From positions 1 to 64,000 of the IMG/VR virus record IMGVR_UViG_2571042740_000001: a stretch of DNA of 64,000 nt. The stretch is one strand, 5' to 3'. Position numbers and translations under genes: made by a program. Source of the stretch: a virus (taxonomy: Duplodnaviria > Caudoviricetes). The notes below the pieces were generated by a model. That model was not told the origin of the DNA, did no database searches, and worked only from the letters and a program-made list of their open reading frames with translations. Positions 47,965 to 55,855 of this stretch are shown in pieces (position 1 is the first letter of the stretch; every line of letters starts with the position of its first letter).

Positions 47965-48187
47965 ATGTGTACGCTCCTTTTTCATTATTGCCGTCCAACC
48001 GTCCTATACGGTCTTCCCCGGCGGTAGTCACATATTAAGCTATTTTGCTGATAATATCAAGACTGTAAATCGGAGAATGTAAGGGGCTATATTGCCCATG
48101 TGATTGTGCATAGTACAGAATCTGAAATGCCGAACAGCTTACTTAGTATCAGTTCGTTCACAATTTGCTGCAGCGGCGGTACAGATA

Positions 48188-49468
48188 TCAGTCATCGGCT
48201 TCAGAATCATTTTCATCAGTAGGCATCTCTGCAACAGCTTCCTCGTATGACAGCTTCTGCCCATCACGGAGTACATATGCGACCTCGGCGGTCTGCTTCT
48301 CCCGACACCATGCGAGGTATCGCTTCACGATGACGTCCACGAATTTTGGGTCAAGCTCGATTCCACGGCAGACACGGTCTGTCTCACAGCAGGCGATCAG
48401 CGTTGAGCCAGAGCCGAGGAACGGGTCGAGAACGATACCGTTTGTCATGGTGCTGTTCTTGATCGGATATGCCATCAGCGGGATGGGCTTTGTGGTCGGA
48501 TGGTCGGGGCTGCTTTTCGGCTTGTCATATTCCCAGACAGTTGTCTGCTTGCGGTCGGCGTACCACTGATGCTTGCCCTTCTGCTTCCAGCCGAACAGAC
48601 ACGGCTCGTGGATCCACTGATACGGACTGCGTCCAAGCACCAACGAATTCTTCTTCCAGATACAGCAGCCGGAAAGCTGGAATCCTGCATCCTTGAATGC
48701 CTTTCTGAAATTCAGCCCCTCGGTGTCGGCATGCCATACATAGATGCTGCCGTCATCTGCAAGGCTGTCATACATACACTTATAGGCAGAGAGCAGAAAG
48801 TTATAGAAATCGCTGTCGCTCATGTTGTCGTTCATGATCTTGCCGGCGGTCTCCTCAACGTCCACATTGTAAGGTGGATCCGTCAGGACGAGGTTTGCTT
48901 TCTGTCCTTCCATAAGCTTTGTGTATGTCTCCGCGACTGTGCTGTCGCCGCAGATCACACGATGCCTGCCGAGTATCCAGATATCTCCCGGCTTGGAGAA
49001 GGTCGGTTTCTGAAGTTCCTCTTCCACATCGAAGCTGTCCTCTTTGACCTGCTTATCGTGTACCTGATTGAAAAGCTGCTCGATCTCCGGCGGGTCAAAG
49101 CCGGTCTTACCGAGGTCGAAATCGCTGCTCTGAATATCCTCCAGAAGTTCAGCGAGAAGGTTCTCGTCCCACGCGCCTGTGATCTTGTTAAGTGCAATGT
49201 TCAGCGCCTTCTCACGGACCTTGTCGATGTCCACCACAGCACACGGTACTTCCGTATAACCGAGCGCCGTCGCTACGGTCAGTCTTTGGTGTCCGCCGAT
49301 GATCGTCATGTCGGCATTGACAACAAGTGGGTCGGCAAAGCCGAATTCCTCTATGCTGTTTTTTATTTTCTCATATTCTTTATCTCCGGGCTTCAGCTTT
49401 TTACGCGGGTTGTATTCCGCAGGCTTCAGCTCCGAAACAGGAATCATACGCAGTTCTGCTGTTTTCAT
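48188..49468 (-). CDS. ParB-like domain fused to beta-class amino-DNA methyltransferase
   Basis: YNPRK, IIGGHQRL (ParB). TDPPY, HPTTKP, DPFLGSGST. Confidence 0.92.
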   Translation of the reverse strand: MKTAELRMIPVSELKPAEYNPRKKLKPGDKEYEKIKNSIEEFGFADPLVVNADMTIIGGHQRLTVATALGYTEVPCAVVDIDKVREKALNIALNKITGAWDENLLAELLEDIQSSDFDLGKTGFDPPEIEQLFNQVHDKQVKEDSFDVEEELQKPTFSKPGDIWILGRHRVICGDSTVAETYTKLMEGQKANLVLTDPPYNVDVEETAGKIMNDNMSDSDFYNFLLSAYKCMYDSLADDGSIYVWHADTEGLNFRKAFKDAGFQLSGCCIWKKNSLVLGRSPYQWIHEPCLFGWKQKGKHQWYADRKQTTVWEYDKPKSSPDHPTTKPIPLMAYPIKNSTMTNGIVLDPFLGSGSTLIACCETDRVCRGIELDPKFVDVIVKRYLAWCREKQTAEVAYVLRDGQKLSYEEAVAEMPTDENDSEADD

Positions 49469-49469
49469 C

Positions 49470-49769
49470 TCATTCCTCCCGTATATACATCTGCCGCAGC
49501 TCTGCGGCTCTTTTGGTGTTCGCATCTTTCAGCACCGTGACATCACGGAGCGTTTCTTCACTCAGAGGCTTGCCCTTCAGCTTTTCGGCAAGTGACCGGT
49601 ACTTGCGGATACTCCGGCGGAGTGCTGCATCGGTCACAGACACGATATACGCTTTGCCGCAATAGTCACAATTGAAGAAGCTGTATTCGATCTCTCCCTC
49701 ACGCTGCGTTTTCGGCTCCGGCACAAAGGCACAGCCGCAGGCATCGCAGCGGACATTCTGTTTTGTCAT
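49470..49769 (-). CDS. Small Cys-containing hypothetical protein
   Basis: CDACG and CDYCG; coupled in the operon. Confidence 0.7.
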   Translation of the reverse strand: MTKQNVRCDACGCAFVPEPKTQREGEIEYSFFNCDYCGKAYIVSVTDAALRRSIRKYRSLAEKLKGKPLSEETLRDVTVLKDANTKRAAELRQMYIREE

Positions 49770-50233
49770 ATCGGTCTGCCTCCTTTGAGTCTGAGTATCC
49801 GCTGATTGCGGCTGCCGCGGAACTGAAGCGAGATATCCTTCTGTTCCAGCAGGAACGGCCCGTCCACAAGCACATCAACATAACGGAGAATTTCATTGTT
49901 CCGAAGTATCTCGTAAGTGTATCCGGAGAACAGCCAGGTGTCCGAATTCGGACACTCCATCTTTACCCGTTTCAGAAACGGTATAAGCACACGCTCGTTT
50001 TCTTCCTCGCATGGTTCACCGCCGAGAACAGAAAGTCCCTGTATCCAAGAAGGACGCAGGGATTCGATGATCTCATCTTCAGTTTCCTTTGTGAAGGGCT
50101 TCCCGTACCCGAAATCCCATGCCTCTGGATTATGACAGCCTTTGCAGTGATTCCGGCACCCGGATACAAACAGTGACACACGCACACCGTAACCGTTGGC
50201 AATGTCGTTTTTATTCAGACCGCAGTAATTCAC
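49766..50233 (-). CDS. nrdG: Anaerobic ribonucleotide reductase activase
   Basis: SLFVSGCRNHCKGCHN, LGGEP, VLVDGPF, FRGSRNQR. Confidence 0.95.
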   Translation of the reverse strand: MNYCGLNKNDIANGYGVRVSLFVSGCRNHCKGCHNPEAWDFGYGKPFTKETEDEIIESLRPSWIQGLSVLGGEPCEEENERVLIPFLKRVKMECPNSDTWLFSGYTYEILRNNEILRYVDVLVDGPFLLEQKDISLQFRGSRNQRILRLKGGRPI

Positions 50234-52371
50234 AGGTGCATCACCCGATCCTTGATCTCAGCGGTGCGCCCCTGATTCCAGAACTGCGTTCCAAGGTAAC
50301 CGCAGGTGCGGCGGCATACATTCAGTGTCCGCTGATCGCGGTTGCCGCAGTTCGGGCATTCCCAGATCAGCTTGCCGTCCTCCTCGGTGATCTGTATCTC
50401 GCCGTCATACCTGCAGACCTGACAGTAATCAGATTTCGTGTTCAGCTCAGCATACAGGATGGTTTCGTAGATATGCCGCATCAGCGCCAGTACCGCTGGG
50501 ATGTTGTTCTGCAGATTCGGTACTTCCACATAGGAGATTGCACCGCCGGGAGAAAGCGCCTGAAACTCCGCTTCAAAGGTCAGCTTTGAAAACGCATCGA
50601 TCGGCTCGGTGACATGAACGTGATAGCTGTTTGTGATATAGCTTTTATCCGTCACATGAGGAATGATGCCGTGCCGCCTTTGCAGACATTGTGCAAATTT
50701 GTATGTGACGCTCTCCATCGGTGTGCCGTACAGCGAGAAGCTGATATTAGTCTCGGCTCTCCATTTGCTGCACTTGTCATTGAGAAATCTCATGACCGCA
50801 AGAGCGAAGGTCTTACCGTCCGGCTCTGTATGTGAACAGCCTGTCATGCGGTATGTCATCTCTGCGATGCCTGCATAGCCGAGGGAGATGGTGCTGTAAT
50901 TGTTGTACAGCAGATCATCAATGATCTCGCCGTCCTTCAGTCTTGCCAGCGCACCGTTCTGCCAGAGGATCGGTGCAACATCGGACGGCGTTCCTTTGAG
51001 CCGTTCGTGCCTGCACATGAGAGCCTTACGGCACAGTTCGCAGCGTTCATTCAGAAGCTGCCAGAACTTATTCTCGTCACCGCCTGCGCTGCAAGCGATA
51101 TCCACAAGGTTGATGGTTACAACACCCTGATTAAAACGCCCGTAATACTTGTGATCGTCCGAAGGCGTGAGAAAACTTCGGCAGCCCATGCAGGCATACA
51201 CATCACCCTTCAGCTGTTTCATCACCTTGGCGGAGATGTAGTCGGGAACCATGCGCTTTGCCGTACACTTGGCGGCAAGCTCAGTCAGGTAGTAATATTT
51301 TGTTCCGGGTTGGATATTGTCTTCATCGAGAACATAGATCAGTTTCGGGAATGCTGGTGTGATCCAGACACCCTTTTCGTTTTTCACACCTTCGATACGC
51401 TGAAGCAGCGTTTCTTCGATGGTGAGCGCTAGGTCATCTCTGGTCTGTCCCTCCGGCACCTCGTCCAGATACATGAACACCGTTACGAACGGCGTCTGTC
51501 CGTTGGTGGTGAGCAGCGTATTGATCTGGTACTGAATGGTCTGCACGCCGCGCTTGACTTCCCGGCGTACTCGCTTCTCAACGATGTGGCTGATCTCATC
51601 CTCAGACAGTTTGCAGCCGCAGTCGCAGTTCACATCCTCGAATACTTCAGCTCGTATCTTCTGCCTGCTGACATCCACGAAAGGCGCAAGATGCGCCAGT
51701 GATACAGTCTGACCGCCGTACTGATTCGATGCGACCTGCGCAATGATCTGCGTTGCGATATTGCAGGCGGTCGAAAAGCTGTGCGGCTTCTCGATCATTG
51801 TACCGGAAACCACTGTGCCGTTCTGCAGCATATCCGCCAGATTGACCAGACAGCAGTTGTGCATCGGCTCAGCGATATAGTCCAGGTCGTGAACATGGAT
51901 GATACCCTCATCATGAGCGGCGATCACATCTGCCGGGAACAGGAAGCGCCGACAGATGTCTCTGCTGACTTCGCCTGCCATATAGTCCCGTAGCGTGCTG
52001 TTGATGATCGGGTTCTTATTGGCGTTCTCCTGTTTTGCCTCCTCGTTGTTGCGTTCGAGCAGGCTCAGGATCTTGCCGTCTGTGGTGTTCATCCTGCGCT
52101 GCTGTTCATGCAGCAGTCTGTATTCGCTATAGTGCCGTGCAAGTTTGTACGCTTCGGCCTTGTCCAGTTCATCGAGAACCATGTCCTGGACTTCTTCGAC
52201 ATGGACAGGTCTTGCAAGGGCGCTGCAGCGTTTTTCTACATTACTGACAATGAATCCGATCACGGTATCGCTGATCTTGCCATCGACCTCTGCGTTTGCA
52301 GCTGTGATCGCGGCACGGATCTTTTCGCAGTCGTAGGGAACCTCACACCCGTTTCTTTTTATAATTTTCAT
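50230..52371 (-). CDS. nrdD: Class III ribonucleotide reductase with ATP cone
   Basis: IIKRNG, HNCCLV, MGCRS, GRFNQGVVTINL, RRTCGYLG. Confidence 0.96.
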   Translation of the reverse strand: MKIIKRNGCEVPYDCEKIRAAITAANAEVDGKISDTVIGFIVSNVEKRCSALARPVHVEEVQDMVLDELDKAEAYKLARHYSEYRLLHEQQRRMNTTDGKILSLLERNNEEAKQENANKNPIINSTLRDYMAGEVSRDICRRFLFPADVIAAHDEGIIHVHDLDYIAEPMHNCCLVNLADMLQNGTVVSGTMIEKPHSFSTACNIATQIIAQVASNQYGGQTVSLAHLAPFVDVSRQKIRAEVFEDVNCDCGCKLSEDEISHIVEKRVRREVKRGVQTIQYQINTLLTTNGQTPFVTVFMYLDEVPEGQTRDDLALTIEETLLQRIEGVKNEKGVWITPAFPKLIYVLDEDNIQPGTKYYYLTELAAKCTAKRMVPDYISAKVMKQLKGDVYACMGCRSFLTPSDDHKYYGRFNQGVVTINLVDIACSAGGDENKFWQLLNERCELCRKALMCRHERLKGTPSDVAPILWQNGALARLKDGEIIDDLLYNNYSTISLGYAGIAEMTYRMTGCSHTEPDGKTFALAVMRFLNDKCSKWRAETNISFSLYGTPMESVTYKFAQCLQRRHGIIPHVTDKSYITNSYHVHVTEPIDAFSKLTFEAEFQALSPGGAISYVEVPNLQNNIPAVLALMRHIYETILYAELNTKSDYCQVCRYDGEIQITEEDGKLIWECPNCGNRDQRTLNVCRRTCGYLGTQFWNQGRTAEIKDRVMHL

Positions 52372-52862
52372 ATCGCATCCACCTCATTCTCCATATCAGC
52401 TTCTGATTCAGCCAGCAGATCATCGCAGGTTTTGTTCAGGTTTTTTCTGCACTGTGCGTTCAGTATTTCATACACAGCAGATCTTTCGTCATCGGTAAGC
52501 TCTATTGCATACATATCCTCATTGTCATCTGAATCTGAATTCCTGACGATGAAGTTTATACAGTTATCCACACAGCCTTGCTGATTGTTACCGAGAAATT
52601 TACTGATACCGATATAAAAATCATACCAGCCGTCATGATCCACTTCACCGTTTCGTCCGTCAATCGGATACATAGGAAGATATCCTTTTTCAAGACGAAT
52701 ACGATCAGCCATCTCAACAAGTGTTTTTGTTGCTGTGAGCATGAACTCTACGGTCGGAAAACGGTATGGGTAAGTATCATTGATCTGATCACTACTGTAT
52801 ACAATCTCAGCTTCGGGATCTATAAGTATTGCGTTATGAATAAAGTTTTCTGTCAGTGTCAC
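52368..52862 (-). CDS. Hypothetical acidic protein
   Basis: 164-aa ORF coupled to nrdD. Confidence 0.7.
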   Translation of the reverse strand: MTLTENFIHNAILIDPEAEIVYSSDQINDTYPYRFPTVEFMLTATKTLVEMADRIRLEKGYLPMYPIDGRNGEVDHDGWYDFYIGISKFLGNNQQGCVDNCINFIVRNSDSDDNEDMYAIELTDDERSAVYEILNAQCRKNLNKTCDDLLAESEADMENEVDAI

Positions 52863-53062
52863 TTATCTGTCCTCCTCTGTGCCGGACACTCTCCGGCGTA
52901 TGGACAATTCATGCAGTTTCTGATACTGCACCTTCCTGTACGAGAAAACATTATACGAATCAGTGCTGCATTGCTTACGGCTAGAAATGCCAGAAGCACC
53001 CAGTTCAGAATAGCAAGCATCATGTTCACTTCCTCCTTATCATTTTTAATTACACTTATCAC
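52859..53062 (-). CDS. Small membrane/Cys protein
   Basis: Hydrophobic helix then CSIRNCMNCPYAGEC. Confidence 0.5.
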   Translation of the reverse strand: MISVIKNDKEEVNMMLAILNWVLLAFLAVSNAALIRIMFSRTGRCSIRNCMNCPYAGECPAQRRTDK

Positions 53063-53336
53063 GAAAAGCTCTGGTCCTGCACCGACCTGAGCAGTATTTT
53101 TTTGACCGCCCGGTTTTCGGCTGTCTCAGTTTTTCACCGCACACCGGGCAGCGGTTGTTCTGCTTGCACCAGATAGAATAATTTGCTTTTACCAGTGTTC
53201 CGTCTCCTGCCAGACCGTTCATTCTGCAGTATAAATGGACCTGATCAACATTGAGTCCCAGACTGTTTGCGATTGCCTTATATCCAATGCCATCCATACG
53301 CATGGACCTGATCTGTCTCTTCTGAGCATCAGTCAT
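53046..53336 (-). CDS. HTH plus Zn-ribbon protein
   Basis: GIGYKAIANSLGL, CPVCG...KKYCSGRCR. Confidence 0.75.
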   Translation of the reverse strand: MTDAQKRQIRSMRMDGIGYKAIANSLGLNVDQVHLYCRMNGLAGDGTLVKANYSIWCKQNNRCPVCGEKLRQPKTGRSKKYCSGRCRTRAFRDKCN

Positions 53337-53619
53337 ATCTTCACCGCCTTCAAATGTACCATTTTTGTAAGTTTGGGGTATCCACACGGGCTCCGCCAGG
53401 AAATGAATCAGAATGCGTTTCACCATTAAAAAGCACTGTTTTATATCAATTTTTGTCGTAAAATCGCTGTTTTAGAATGCAATTTGTAACGAAACTCAGT
53501 AATAAGATTATCAAAATCACTTCTCCGCAACGGCATATCAAAATGCGCGATAAATCAATGTTTCCTGACTCATGAAACGATTCTGCAAGGCAGTCAGAAT
53601 AATCTGGAAATAGTTCTTT

Positions 53620-53745
53620 GGATACCCACCCCTTGCAATTTCGCGGTTTTTCACACGAGAGGGGCCGACGGTCTTGTGCTGCCCTCATTTTAGAGATTTC
53701 GACCCGCCCCCGGAGGGGCGCCCCAGCCCCAGGCCCCGCCCCATA
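53620..53745. other. Candidate cos/packaging region
   Basis: GC-rich noncoding tract just downstream of HNH (minus strand GGGGGCGGGTCGAAATCTCT...GACCGTCGGCCCCTCTCGTGTGAAAAACCGCGAAATT), a layout typical of HNH/P27-terminase cos phages. Confidence 0.5.
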
Positions 53746-53765
53746 GGTACACCCCTGAGCCACAG

Positions 53766-54125
53766 TCAATACTTGTACTCAGGGGTGTGATCCTCGTTTC
53801 GGGTCTTGATGCTGTGGTGACGATGGCAGAGGCTCTGCCAGTTGCTCTGATCCCAGAAGAGAACACTGTCTCCTCGGTGCGGCTTGATGTGATCGACATC
53901 GGTCGACTTGACGTAGCGGCCTTGCTTCAGGCACTCCACACACAGCGGATGTGTTTCAAGGTAACGCTTGCGTGCTTTGTTCCATGCAGTGCCGTAGCCT
54001 CGACTGCCTGCTGACCGTGTCTCCTCCGGGTGGAGGGAACGGTGCTTGTCACAGTACTTCGTACCGTAGGGAACGAGTGCCGCACAGCCGGGATGCCGGC
54101 ATGGTGTGTTCGGTCTGCTTGGCAT
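53766..54125 (-). CDS. HNH endonuclease (packaging-associated)
   Basis: HPLCVEC, VDHIKPHRGD..LFWD..NWQSLC..HH..KT. Confidence 0.92.
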   Translation of the reverse strand: MPSRPNTPCRHPGCAALVPYGTKYCDKHRSLHPEETRSAGSRGYGTAWNKARKRYLETHPLCVECLKQGRYVKSTDVDHIKPHRGDSVLFWDQSNWQSLCHRHHSIKTRNEDHTPEYKY

Positions 54126-54271
54126 TGTCTCTGTCTCCTCTCTGTCTTTGTGTTTGGTAAGGGGCGGTCAGCCCCGCAAATGGTGTGTTGGTCGGTCTGA
54201 GCAACGTCCCTCATATACTGTCGTGGGAATGCCGAAATTTTCGGTATCATATTCAAAAAAATTCAGTTTTT

Positions 54272-55366
54272 TTAAATTTCCCACGGAAGCCCCGATTTTC
54301 CGAAGTGTCCGTATGCAGAAACCTTGTTATAATCAACATCGAGTAGACCGAGACTCTCGATAATCCCTCTCGGTGTGAGGTCGTAGTTCTCACGGACATA
54401 CTGGTTGATAAACTCCGCATCCTGATGCTCTGTTCCGAAGGTCTCCACATACACGGACACAGGTTCGGCCACACCAATGGCGTATGCGATCTGCACTTCT
54501 GCCTTGTCTGCATATCCAGCACTGACGATATCCCTTGCGATCTTGCGGGCGGCATACGCACCGCTGCGGTCAACTTTAGTCGGATCCTTGCCGGACATCG
54601 CACCGCCGCCAATGTGTCCGATTCCGCCGTAGGTATCGCAGGCGAGTTTGCGTCCGGTCACGCCGCAGTCTGCAAAAGAGCTGCCGAGAACGAATCTGCC
54701 GGTCGGATTGACCAGTTTCTCAAAGTCAGTATTCAGTCCGTACTCTGTCGCTGTTCTCACCATCAGCTTTTCAATGATCGGTCTGAAATCCTCAACATCC
54801 ACATCGCGGATATGCTGTACCGAACAGAGGAAGGTCGTGATCCTGCCGCTGTCATAATCAAAGCTGACCTGCGCCTTGGCATCGGCTTTCAGCATGCGGC
54901 AGGGGTACGCTTTCAAAAGTTCCAGAAATCTGGTTGCGATCACATACGGGATCGGGAGCAGTTCCGGCGTTTCATTGGTCGCATAGCCGTACATCATGCC
55001 CTGATCTCCGGCACCGCCGGTATTCACACCGAGGGCGATATCGTTACTCTGATGATCGACCAGAATCGCAATGTCCAGATCATCGGAGGTGAAGTCCAGC
55101 TTATAGTCAAGTCCGGCATCGCTGTTCTCTGCACCGCCGTTGTTGATGCAGTCAAACACCTGCTGCACCAGAGCCTTGTAGTCCGGCTCATGGGTACTGG
55201 TCAGCTCACCTGCAATGACAAGGCATCGGTTCTTGAAAAGGCACTCGATCCCAACACGGCTGTCGCGGTCATGCTGAAGGCAGTCGGTCACAATTGCATC
55301 TGCGATCTGGTCACAGATCTTGTCGGGATGTCCTGCTGAAACTTGTTCACTTGTAATGATTCTCAT
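54272..55366 (-). CDS. metK: S-adenosylmethionine synthetase
   Basis: SEQVSAGHPDKICDQIAD, GAGDQG, GRK...DTYGG, GGGAMSGKDPTKVDRSGAY. Confidence 0.95.
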   Translation of the reverse strand: MRIITSEQVSAGHPDKICDQIADAIVTDCLQHDRDSRVGIECLFKNRCLVIAGELTSTHEPDYKALVQQVFDCINNGGAENSDAGLDYKLDFTSDDLDIAILVDHQSNDIALGVNTGGAGDQGMMYGYATNETPELLPIPYVIATRFLELLKAYPCRMLKADAKAQVSFDYDSGRITTFLCSVQHIRDVDVEDFRPIIEKLMVRTATEYGLNTDFEKLVNPTGRFVLGSSFADCGVTGRKLACDTYGGIGHIGGGAMSGKDPTKVDRSGAYAARKIARDIVSAGYADKAEVQIAYAIGVAEPVSVYVETFGTEHQDAEFINQYVRENYDLTPRGIIESLGLLDVDYNKVSAYGHFGKSGLPWEI

Positions 55367-55367
55367 A

Positions 55368-55559
55368 TTATTTTTCCTCCTGATTTTTCTTTTCAAATAC
55401 GCACAAGAGTGTGCAGAATACATCCGAGCTTTCCAGCACCGTAGTCTGTGTAAGCTCAAATTCCGGATTCTTATCCAGCTTTTCGTTGATCACATCTGCG
55501 ATTGTCTTACCGTATTCCTTGTTGACGGTACCACGCAGAATTGCTGTTCTCTGCATAAT
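55368..55559 (-). CDS. Small hypothetical protein
   Basis: GGAGG RBS before MQRTAIL; abuts metK. Confidence 0.5.
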   Translation of the reverse strand: MMQRTAILRGTVNKEYGKTIADVINEKLDKNPEFELTQTTVLESSDVFCTLLCVFEKKNQEEK

Positions 55560-55600
55560 ATTTACCTCCATACCTTGACACCTGTTGCCCCTGCCACGTT

Positions 55601-55800
55601 TGTAGCACTCACATAGTTGGCATTTGCAACAGATGCCCACAGTTTTTTCTCGATATTACTTCATTTTCACTATCTCTGTAGCACTTGTAGCATTCCGTTC
55701 CATAACTTTTCCTATATTCTTCTTTATAGTAATATTTATATATTCACTTGCTACATTTGCTACATAAAATAGAATATATAAAGATATATATACTAGAAAC
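55601..55800. other. Candidate replication origin
   Basis: TGTAGCA at 55601, 55677 and 55686 facing TGCTACA at 55749 and 55758 across an AT-rich spacer, downstream of the primase. Confidence 0.55.
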
Positions 55801-55855
55801 AATAGAAAACTACAGAAGAAAGGCGCTTTTCAGCTTATGCGCCGGCCATAGGTCA

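Larger units (their letters stand above)
40725..48110 (-). repeat. Seven dispersed copies of a promoter/dyad repeat
   Basis: TTGATA or TTGCTA-17 bp-TAATAT at 40725-53, 42581-609, 43136-64, 44136-64, 45324-52, 46546-74 and 48032-60, with conserved flanks (plus strand CATATTAACTCT...TATCAAG or TAGCAAG). Confidence 0.9.

Noticed and set aside
40725-48110. Dispersed repeats as a CRISPR array or integron attC sites
   Set aside because: Spacing is 0.5-1.9 kb with whole genes between copies, the repeats match sigma-A promoters, and no cas or tyrosine integrase is in view.
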